This document shows, in pieces, positions 1 to 8,099 of a stretch of 9,379 bases of DNA. Made by a program: the position numbers and the translations under genes. The stretch comes from Octopus sinensis. Lineage: Eukaryota. The stretch is from positions 1 to 9,379 of the forward strand of contig NW_021827956.1 in the NCBI RefSeq assembly GCF_006345805.1, read 5' to 3'. The notes beneath the pieces were generated by a model. It was not told the DNA's origin. It did no database searches and saw only the letters and a program-made list of their open reading frames with translations. Position 1 is the stretch's first letter. Every line of letters begins with the position of its first letter.

Positions 1-1052
1 AAGACAAATGCTTGAGACCAAGAACCATGCGGGTAGCCAGCTTCTGGACTCTTTCAAGATGATGTATGTCTTGAGGAGATAAGGAGAAGAGGCTTGAATC
101 CCGTACCCCAATATGGATCTCACCAGCGTGACATAGAGCGGTAAGAATATTGCTGCTGTGAGCATTCCGAATGACCGTCGAATCAAAAACAGAACTCCGC
201 GTGCTTTGTTGGTAGCATGGACGCACTGAGCCGAAGGCGAAAAGGAAGAATCCACCAAGATACCCAGGTCCTTTACCTGGTCGGTCCTCTCCAGCCAACA
301 GGCAGATGACAGCACTTTGACACGTTTAGACACAGGTCCCATTCGTTAGACCATCTCCAAACTTGGCGGAGGCATCGACGAAGATCATCTATATCACCGC
401 GAGGAGCGACCAGTTTGACATCGTCGGCAAATAGAAGGGTGTGTTGCGTGAGGTCATCGGGCAAGTCATTTATGAAGACTAAAAACAAGGGCCCAAGCAC
501 TGAACCTTGAGGCACGCTACTGCGCGCACTGGAGACGTCGGACAGCGAAACATTAACTTGGACTTGGAAGGAGCGATCTGAGAGGAAGGCACCAACCCAT
601 CGTACAATATCCGGATGGAAACTATATGCTTGAAGCTTGACAAGTAATAGGCGGTGGTTAACCGAATCAAAAGCTTTGGCAAAGTCCAATAAAACGATGT
701 CAACAGCATCACCATCATCCAGGATACGCGTCACCAATTCTTCCATTACCAGTAAGTTGGTCAAGTATGATCTCTTCGGCACGAAGCCGTGTTGGGAATC
801 AGAGATAGAGGCTGTGTTTTGGAGGTGGAGCAACATACTTTTCTTAAGGATGGTTTCGAACATCTTGCTGATTATTGAAGTAAGGGAAACCGGGCGGTAG
901 TTAAGCGGGTCTTCGTGGCTCCCTTTCTTGAAAATTGGGCAGATTATCGCTGTTCTCCAGTCCGCAGGTATAACACCCGTCGCCAATGACATATTAAATA
1001 GAAGTGTTAAAGGTTCGCAGATGACCGGAGCCAACGCTTTGATAACCTGTGG
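1..1052 (-). mobile_element. 5'-truncated CR1-clade non-LTR retrotransposon (LINE) ORF2 fragment with RT domain and C-terminal region; continues past the window start
   Basis: ORF 1034-273 has RT motifs NYRPVSLTS, QHGF, LDFAKAFDSV, PQGSVLGP and LFADDVKL. The in-frame upstream codons give (Y)PQVIKALAPVICEPL up to the (TATG)n junction. After a frameshift near 295, another frame reads LERTDQVKDLGILVDSSFSPSAQC...LYVTLVRSILGYG...PYLLK. After a 1-bp shift near 70 it reads DIHHLERVQKLATRMVLGLKHLS, which is CR1-type. GC content is visibly higher than in the rest of the window. Confidence 0.93.
273..1034 (-). pseudogene. Reverse transcriptase remnant (253 aa open stretch) of the CR1-like LINE
   Basis: The catalytic (F)ADD is retained. 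One codon is missing in GPL(L)F, GVPQ is changed to SVPQ, and the frame is broken after KCCHLPVG. The TTG start is not a real initiation site. Confidence 0.9.
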
Positions 1053-1053
1053 G

Positions 1054-1125
1054 TATGTATGTATGTATGTATGTATGTATGTATGTATGTATGTATGTAT
1101 GTATGTATGTATGTATGTATGTATG

Positions 1126-1159
<34 letters not shown>

Positions 1160-1209
1160 TTTATGTATTTATGTATGTATGTATGTATGTATGTATGCAT
1201 GTATGTAAG

Positions 1210-1243
<34 letters not shown>

Positions 1244-1309
1244 TGTATGTATGTATGTATGTATGTATGTATGTATGTATGTATGAATGTATGTATATAT
1301 GTATGTATG

Positions 1310-1343
<34 letters not shown>

Positions 1344-1367
1344 TGTATGTATATGTATGTATGTATG

Positions 1368-1401
<34 letters not shown>

Positions 1402-1479
1402 TGTATTTATGTATGTATGTATGTATGTATGTATGTATGTATGTATGTATGTATGAATGTATGTATATATGTATGTATG

Positions 1480-1513
<34 letters not shown>

Positions 1514-1747
1514 TGTATATGTATGTATGTATATATGTATTGTATGTATGTATGTATGTATGTATGTATGTATGATATGTATGTATAATGTATGTATGTA
1601 TTATGTATGTATGTATGTATGTATGTATGTATGTATGTATGTATGTATGTATGTATGTATGTATTATTATGTATGTATGTATGTATGTATGTATGTATTT
1701 ATGTATTTATGTATGTATGTATGTATGTTTGTCTGTGTGTATGTATG

Positions 1748-1780
<33 letters not shown>

Positions 1781-1985
1781 GTGTATTTATGTATTTATGT
1801 ATGTATGTATGTATGTTTGTCTGTATGTATGTATGTATATATGTATGTATGTATGGTATGTATGTATGTATTTATGTATTTATGTATTTATGTATGTATG
1901 TATGTATTTATGATGTATGTATTTATTATGTATTATGTATGTATGTATGTATGTAGATATGTATGTATGTATTATGTATGTATTG

Positions 1986-2018
<33 letters not shown>

Positions 2019-2248
2019 CTGTATGTATGTATGTATGTTTGTCTGTATGTTATATGTATTTATGTATGTATGTATGTATGTATGTATGTATATGGTATGT
2101 ATGTATGTATGTATGTATTATGTATGTATGTATGTATGTATGTATTATGTATGTATGTATGTATGTATTTATGTATGTATGTATGTTTGAATGTATATAT
2201 GTATGAATGTATGTATGTATGTGTGTATGTATGTATGTATGTATGTAT
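1054..2248. repeat. About 1.2-kb (TATG)n tetranucleotide array with variant units and higher-order repeats
   Basis: Read directly. It explains all the MYVC/HTYI ORFs between 928 and 2453. Confidence 0.99.
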
Positions 2249-2326
2249 CTTAATCCCAGCCCTTAGAATGCAAGTAATATCTTTCTGGAACTGCTCGCCA
2301 TTCTTTAAACGTAGCTGCAAATATTA

Positions 2327-2355
2327 TTGTTGTTGTTGTTGTTGTTGTTGTTGTT
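2327..2355. repeat. (TTG)n microsatellite
   Basis: Read directly. Confidence 0.97.
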
Positions 2356-3081
2356 ATCGTTGTTTTTCTTGTTTTATTTTTATGTTTTATTTTTATTTCA
2401 TTACAGAAATTAAGCTAAATCACAAAATTTTCCGTATTATGCCTCAAACCTGAAATCATTTTCCAGTCAGAATTGAAAATATTCCAACTCAATTACAAAA
2501 TATTTTGGTTTCTTGCAATATTATTTCGTTCTTATAACCAAATCACTGTACAACTGGCTCTAGAAAATTCTCACTACAAAATATCTAAGCCTATTCGTTT
2601 TTTTTGTTTTTTTATTTTTATATTCTCTTATTCTTACAACCAGGTTTACCCCCACCCCCGCCGCAGTCTTTGCTTCCTTTCTCCTTTCCTCTCTTCTTCT
2701 GAAATAAAATGAGAGAAGTACAAAGAGAACAAAACTGGAAGCAAATAATTACTATTTTGTCTTTCCTCTGGATTTCTAATAACTAAAAACCTTTGCTTTA
2801 CAAACACAAGAAAATTGTGTAGAATTCATTTATTTCGCATGCTTTCTTCCCTGCTGCGTGCACGCATTTTCAAGCAATAAAATAGTTCTGTCTGTAAGTA
2901 AGAAAGGAGCTGGAGAAAAAAGATGAAACCGGAAGTAGAAGCCATCAAGAAACTGGGTATGATGAAAAAGGTTCTGGTACATTTCTGAATAGAAATATAT
3001 TTTAGGTTAAAAATTCTTGAATCGTAAAACATAACCCGCTCCCCAACTGCAAACTGTGCTTTGTGTTATTATTATCATTAT

Positions 3082-3224
3082 ATATGTGTGTATTTGTGTG
3101 TGTGTGTATGTATGTTATGTATGTATGTATGCATGTATGTATCTACACACACAAAAATACCTACAACATACATACATATATATATACATATATATATACA
3201 TATACATATAATATATACATATAT

Positions 3225-3316
<92 letters not shown>

Positions 3317-3500
3317 AACATACATTGATTTACTCGATGTATTTACATATGTACATACAAGTGCACGAATGTCTGTATATATGTATATGCATATATATGC
3401 ATGTATATGTATATATATGCATGTATATATGTAGATACGTATATATGTATGCGTCTGTGTGTGTATGTGTGTGCGTGTGTGTTTGTACATAGATACGTGT
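3082..3500. repeat. Compound TG / TATG / TACA / (TA)n microsatellite block, with a near-pure (TA)n core at about 3190-3313
   Basis: Read directly. Confidence 0.97.
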
Positions 3501-3580
3501 GTATTTCGGAGTTCGTGAGGATGCGTGTGAAAACAGCAACATGGAAGACTATCAAGCAGCAAAACATAAGAATAGATATA

Positions 3581-3616
3581 ACGGTTAATTAAAACATGAC
3601 TATTTTAATTAACCGT
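3581..3616. repeat. Perfect 14-bp inverted repeat with an 8-nt loop
   Basis: ACGGTTAATTAAAA (3581-3594), loop CATGACTA, TTTTAATTAACCGT (3603-3616). Confidence 0.95.
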
Positions 3617-3738
3617 ACCATCATTTCCTATTTAAATAGCAATTCCATTATTTCATATTGAGCAAAACAATTATTTCGCGTTCAATTAACAATACCATTC
3701 TTTCATATTCAATTAACAAAATCATTATTTCATAATTC
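3617..3738 (+). repeat. Degenerate 27-bp minisatellite, about 4.5 copies, consensus about ACCATTATTTCATATTCAATTAACAAT
   Basis: Units start at 3617, 3644 (shortened), 3667, 3694 and 3721 (partial), aligned by eye. Confidence 0.75.
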
Positions 3739-3956
3739 TGTCGAAGCACAAACATACAGTTGGCAGACACTCGTGGAACCAGTTGACTCTGACGTTAGAC
3801 ATTGCCAGACAATGTTTATGAGAACGCTAGACATTGTTTGATTCCGAGGAAACTAAAATTACGCCTCTAAAATATTGCTCTTTTTACTGTTTAATGTCAT
3901 TAAACAGTAAGTGTTAGCTAAAAAGTATTATTACCAAGTGATCACAGTAAGCGGCT

Positions 3957-4049
3957 TGTGTGTATGTGTGTGGTGTGTGTGTGTGTGTGTGTGTGGTGTG
4001 TGTGTGGTGTGCGTGTGCGTGCGTGTGCTTGTGTGTGTGTGTATGTGTG
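3957..4049. repeat. Interrupted (TG)n tract, probably the internal microsatellite of the adjacent SINE half
   Basis: Read directly; it abuts the SINE 3' half. Confidence 0.9.
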
Positions 4050-4058
4050 GCTCTGAAT

Positions 4059-4254
4059 CTCACCACCACAGCTTCAGAGCCAGTGTTAGTCTGTTTACGT
4101 CCCTGCAACTTAGCGGTTCAGCTAATAGAGCGATAGAGTAAGTATTAGGCTTCGAAAAGTAAGTCCTTTGGTCGACTTGTTCGATTAAAACCCTTCATGG
4201 CGGTGCCCCAGCATGGCTGCAGTTAAAAGAATGAAACAAGTTAGCGTTAAAAGA
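4059..4254 (+). mobile_element. 3' half of an octopus-type SINE (no tRNA head)
   Basis: TGTTTACGTCCC..AACTTAGCGGTTC..GATAGAGTAAGTATTAGGCTT..GGCGGTGCCCCAGCATGGCTGCAG..TGAAACAAG matches my recollection of an abundant octopod SINE 3' region. It is followed by a simple-repeat tail. Not database-checked. Confidence 0.75.
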
Positions 4255-4255
4255 T

Positions 4256-4431
4256 ATATATATGTATGTTTATGTATGTATGCATGTACGTACGTACGTA
4301 TGTATGTATGTATGTACGTATGTATGTATGTATGTATGTATGTATGTATGTATGTATGTATGTATGTATGTATGTATGTTGTGTTTATGTATTCATGTAC
4401 GTACGTATGTATGTATGTGTCCATGTATGTA
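4256..4431. repeat. (TATG)n with TACG variants (SINE tail region)
   Basis: Read directly. Confidence 0.97.
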
Positions 4432-5565
4432 CAGGAACTGGTCAAAATAATGGGAACACCACCATTTGTTTCACTATTGTCTCTATTGACAAAGCGACAA
4501 ATTCAAAACTGTTCAAATCTGTATAAATGTGTTCCTTTGCATTGTACTTCTTGTACTTCTTGTACTTCTTGATGCGACCCTTTGCCTTTCTGCTGAATTT
4601 TTTAATGCTTCAAAAGGTACAGTTTCTAAAGTCACGTTGGCATTCCAAAATCACGGTAATATCAGCTTTGGTAAGGATTATGCTGGATTGGAGTTAAATC
4701 TCACGGCAAGGGACCAAAGAGTAATGAAACATATTGTGTCCAAAAAAAATATCACTTGAGCTAAAGCTGAAAAAGTGACGACAGAACTTAACGATCGGTT
4801 TGCCAACCTTGGGTCAACCGTTTGTAGCATGCGACATAAAGCTGGATACCATGAGAAGGTTGCAGTTGCTAAACCTTTTCAGTCCCCCTCTAGCATTGAT
4901 AAGCAGGGAAAATGGTGTCTAGACAATGAGAAGTGGTCAATGGCTCAATGGAACAAAGTGCGTCTCTAATGACTGACCATTCACCTCATTTTCCCTCTTT
5001 GGAGTGAACTTATTTCTAGAGAGAGCCCAAAGACACCTCCAAATGGTGTCCCATACCACCAAGTATGAAGGTGACTTTGAGATGATTCCAGCAGTCATAT
5101 AATAGAATTCTCCTGGCTTTTTAGTTGTTCTAGATGGCAAAGTTAATGCCAAGGATTCTCTGAGTATTTTGGCCAATCATGTCCTTTCTATGATGCAATC
5201 ACTGTTCCCAGATGATAGTAGCACAATATTCCAGGTGAATAATACACCGATTCACCTAAATGCTATTCAAAATTCGTATAAATCGCGCAAAATTAATGAG
5301 TGGATCACAAAATAATTGAATATTTATGGTGCATTTTGGAGCAGGAGATGAAGGAACACATCTCTCTACTGTTGTTGCTTGAAGAACTAAAGCAGGTGTG
5401 ACTTGAAGAATGGCTCAGAATTCTTCTAACAACCGTTCTGAATCTCTACAAGTCAATTTCTTGGTATATGGATTGCTGTGATTGATGCTAAAGACGGTCG
5501 AAATCCATATTAACTAATAAAACATTCATTTAACAAGGTGCTTCCATTATTTTGTGTGTGCGGGG
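4432..5565 (+). mobile_element. Decayed Tc1-family (DD34E type) DNA transposon, about 1.13 kb
   Basis: TA at 4430-4431 is followed by the left TIR CAGGAACTGGTCAAAATAATGGGAACACC (4432-4460). The right TIR remnant GGTGCTTCCATTATTTTG (5537-5554) matches the reverse complement of 4443-4460 at 16/18 positions. TA lies at 5566-5567. Transposase remnants lie between, with AATAAA just after the stop. Confidence 0.9.
4572..5513 (+). pseudogene. Tc1 transposase pseudogene
   Basis: Fragments across frames: AEFFNASKGTVSKV (HTH); LTARDQRVMKHIVSK; TELNDRF..HKAGYH..KPF..WSMAQWNKV; SND* (for SDES); LDGKVNAKDSLSILANHV..LFPD..IFQVNNTPIH (for FQDDNAPIH); IIEYLWCILEQ; EEWLRI..NLYKSI; AVIDAKDGRNPY* (stop 5511-5513). 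It has multiple stops and frameshifts, two catalytic Asp positions are mutated, and the WPxxSPDLN segment is absent. Confidence 0.92.
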
Positions 5566-5780
5566 TATGTGTGAGGGGGTGTATGTGTGTGTGTGTATAT
5601 TACATATATGTGTGTAGGGGCGTGTCGGGGTTGGTGTGTGTGCTTGTGTATGTATTTATATATGTGTATATAGATATATATATATAGTATATATATATAT
5701 ATATATATTCACATATACATGTGTGTGTTGTATATATTATAAATATATATATATATAATATATAATATATAATATATAAA

Positions 5781-5829
<49 letters not shown>

Positions 5830-5860
5830 TATATATATTATATATATTATATATGAACCG
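5555..5860. repeat. Compound TG / (TA)n microsatellite block
   Basis: Read directly. Confidence 0.95.
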
Positions 5861-5902
5861 CGTATCATATCTTTGTATATATTAGTTTTTTTGTGACTGA
5901 CT

Positions 5903-6068
5903 ATATGTACGTGTGTGTGTATGTGTGTGTGAGTGTGTGCGTGCGAGTGTGTGTTTATATATACGTATATTTGTACATAATTATATCAGTTTCTGTAGCT
6001 GTGCATATGCCGAATCTTTGTGCATATTATATGTCTGCGCGCACCCTTGTGTATATACATGTGTGTGT

Positions 6069-6114
<46 letters not shown>

Positions 6115-6128
6115 GTGTGTGTGTGTGT
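5903..6128. repeat. Degenerate to pure (TG)n block
   Basis: Read directly; nearly pure at about 6060-6128. Confidence 0.93.
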
Positions 6129-6211
6129 AGTGCAAGCACGTGCATGGAGATTTAGTCTCTGATAATTGCTTTTAACCCGGCTCATCCGGAACCTGCTTTT
6201 GTTGTAGTCTT

Positions 6212-6262
6212 TTGTTGTTGTTGTTGTTGTTGGTGGTGGTCGTGGTGGTCGTGGTGGTGTTG
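6212..6262. repeat. Compound trinucleotide repeat (TTG)n-(GTG/GTC)n
   Basis: Read directly. Confidence 0.95.
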
Positions 6263-6435
6263 TTTCTCTCATGCCTCGCCCCTTCTCTCCTACTCCTTCT
6301 ACTGCAATGTTCTGGTGCTTCCCCGTTGAAGATGCGCCCCTGCAGCGATTTCATGTGTTGCTTACAGAATTGCAAATGATTATAAAAACAACTATTCTTA
6401 TTTTCCCAAAATATTTCTGTCTTTCGTTAACACAT

Positions 6436-6480
6436 CCCCCACCTCCACCACCTCCTCCACTTCCACCTCCTCCTCCTCCT
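6436..6480. repeat. (CCT/CCA)n C-rich trinucleotide repeat
   Basis: Read directly; source of the poly-Pro in ORF 6271-6876. Confidence 0.93.
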
Positions 6481-6616
6481 CTATCCCTTACCCACACTTA
6501 TACATACATCACCGCCACACCTCTGACCTCTTCCTCTCGCTCTACTACCCCTTCTTTTACTGCTGACCCTTTTCTCTTTCCCCCATCCCAACTCCACAAT
6601 TATAAACACATTCATA

Positions 6617-6639
6617 TATATGTGTGTATGCGTGCATGC

Positions 6640-6673
<34 letters not shown>

Positions 6674-6681
6674 ATGTGTGC
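6617..6681. repeat. TG/TATG microsatellite
   Basis: Read directly. Confidence 0.93.
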
Positions 6682-6980
6682 GCATCTTTATATATACCAA
6701 TGTTCCTTTCCCCTCTTTCCACCATTTCAAAGAAATCTCTTTCCAATATGTTTTACCATTCTTTTGCAAATGGATATTACGACTACTTTCTGCTCTTCGG
6801 CTTTTATTCGGGTTTTTTTTTTAGTTTTTGCTGTTGTTTTATTTTTATTTTTCATTTGCTTTCTTTTTCTTTTTGAGATATTTTTCAGATATTTTTCTTT
6901 TATTTATTATTGTGATTGTTTTTGTCTGTTGTTTTTTCTTTTCATCCTTTCCTGTTATTGTTCGTATTATTACTTTTAGC

Positions 6981-7171
6981 AAGGCGAGCAGAATCGTTTG
7001 TCCGCCGGGTAAAATGCTTAGCACTTCGTTCTGAGTTCAAATTCCGCCGATGTCAATTTTACCTTTCCTCCTTTCGGGATCGATAAATTAAGTACCAGCT
7101 GAGTACTGAGGTCAATATAATCGACCTCACCCCTTCCTCCAAACTTGCTGGCATTATGCCAAAATTTGAAA
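6981..7171 (+). mobile_element. tRNA-derived SINE (octopus-type), near full length
   Basis: It has a degenerate A-box-like head (AAGGCGAGCAGAATCG) and a B box GTTCAAATTCC (7035-7045). The body CCTTTCGGGATCGATAAATTAAGTACCAG..GTCAATATAATCGAC..GCCAAAATTTGAAA matches a recalled octopod SINE. A trinucleotide tail follows. Confidence 0.85.
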
Positions 7172-7178
7172 CTACTAC

Positions 7179-7251
<73 letters not shown>

Positions 7252-7277
7252 GGTGGTGGGTGGTGGTGGTGGTGGTG
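7172..7277 (+). repeat. SINE tail drifting (CTA)3-(TTA)10-(GTA)10-(GTG)n
   Basis: Read directly. Confidence 0.97.
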
Positions 7278-7404
7278 CCACTACTGCTGCTATTACTACA
7301 GCTCTCTTCCTCCGTGCAAATATTAAGTGCTGATTGCTGACGTACGTGTGTTGTGTGATTTTGCGTCAATGAGTGGAAATTGTAAATATCTGTCTATGTA
7401 CATT

Positions 7405-7447
7405 TGTATGTATGTATGTATGTATCCATGTGTATATATATATATAC
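7405..7447. repeat. TATG/TA microsatellite
   Basis: Read directly. Confidence 0.9.
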
Positions 7448-7455
7448 GTTTATTA

Positions 7456-7684
7456 TGGCGTAGTGGTTACTAACCCTAAGTATTCCAAGTTCGATTCCAA
7501 GCAGTGACCTGCATCATCATAATAATAATAATATCGGAAAAATAGCTCAGGAATAAGAATCGAGGTTCGAAATTCCCCCAGGACACCTGATGAAAGCTGG
7601 AGAGTACATCAGTCGAAACTTTGTGTTAACAACAAACAAGATGAGGACAAATATCCATCAAATGTAAAATAATGTAAAATAATG
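7456..7684 (+). mobile_element. tRNA-derived SINE with two Pol III-like modules and a hammerhead-like 3' region
   Basis: A box TGGCGTAGTGG (7456-7466) and B box AGTTCGATTCC (7488-7498), then a (CAT/AAT)n linker. A second A-like TAGCTCAGGAA (7543-7553) and B-like GGTTCGAAATTCC (7564-7576) follow. The tail is (AATGTAAAAT)2 at 7661-7680. Confidence 0.82.
7582..7627 (+). ncRNA. Minimal type I hammerhead ribozyme-like motif (degenerate copy)
   Basis: Stem I is GACAC (7582-7586) with GTGTT (7623-7627). The core is CTGATGA (7587-7593) plus an extra A. Stem II is (A)GCTG..CAGT(C), followed by GAAA (7615-7618) and then CTTT. Lesions: A.C where G10.1-C11.1 is expected, and ACTT where the palindrome ACGT is expected. 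Confidence 0.65.
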
Positions 7685-7817
7685 GTTTATGCATTTGTTT
7701 TACAAGACTCCTGATGTGAAACCATGTGTTGAAACAGACATTCTTATATTTCGGGATGGTCATATTTTTTGCCAGTTAACTACACCCACAGTATACTTGT
7801 TTTTATTAATATTCTTA

Positions 7818-7906
7818 TTATATACATATATATATACATATATATATATACACACACATAGATATATTCATGCAATATATACTATGTATATATACTATAT
7901 ATATAT

Positions 7907-7963
<57 letters not shown>

Positions 7964-8004
7964 ATATATATGTATATATATTATATATATACATACACAC
8001 ACAC

Positions 8005-8098
<94 letters not shown>
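7818..8098. repeat. Long (TA)n / CA compound microsatellite
   Basis: Read directly. Confidence 0.97.

Positions 8099-8099
<1 letters not shown>

Noticed and set aside
479-900. ORFs 479-718 (-) and 637-900 (+)
   Set aside because: They are shadow frames of the LINE RT.
2250-2316. Minus-strand stretch after TTTGCAG open in two frames (LRLKNGEQFQK.. or TFKEWRAVPERYY..)
   Set aside because: There is no polypyrimidine tract, no convincing donor and no recognisable protein similarity.
928-2453. Many long ORFs (MYVC.., HTYI..)
   Set aside because: They are translations of a stop-free (TATG)n array. The same applies to the YIYI, CVCV and THTH ORFs at 3061-3592, 3911-4572, 5893-6155, 6557-6979, 7689-8350 and 8515-8920.
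2903-2986. Purine-rich possible exon (MKPEVEAIKKLG, with a GTATGA donor-like site)
   Set aside because: There is no good acceptor, stops lie nearby and I recognise no homology. It needs RNA-seq.
3190-3313. Cruciform or Z-DNA potential of (TA)n and (TG)n tracts (also 5680-5850, 6060-6128, 7860-8098)
   Set aside because: This is a generic property of such repeats, with nothing locus-specific.
3617-3738. CRISPR-like array
   Set aside because: The units are contiguous and degenerate with no unique spacers, in a eukaryotic context.
6271-6876. 201-aa ORF with poly-Pro
   Set aside because: It is built from (CCT)n, TG and T-rich low-complexity sequence, with no recognisable domain.
7018-7333. ORFs 7018-7281 (-) and 7145-7333 (+)
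   Set aside because: They are the SINE body and trinucleotide tail read in frame.
7456-7510. tRNA gene
   Set aside because: The A and B boxes are only about 21 nt apart, with no anticodon arm or acceptor stem. It is a SINE head. The same applies to 6981-7050 and 8539-8601.
7639-7665. Possible second hammerhead core in the SINE tail (AAGATGAGGAC..ATCCATCAAATG)
   Set aside because: It lacks CU before GAUGA and lacks GAAA in this copy. It is too degenerate to support without a consensus.
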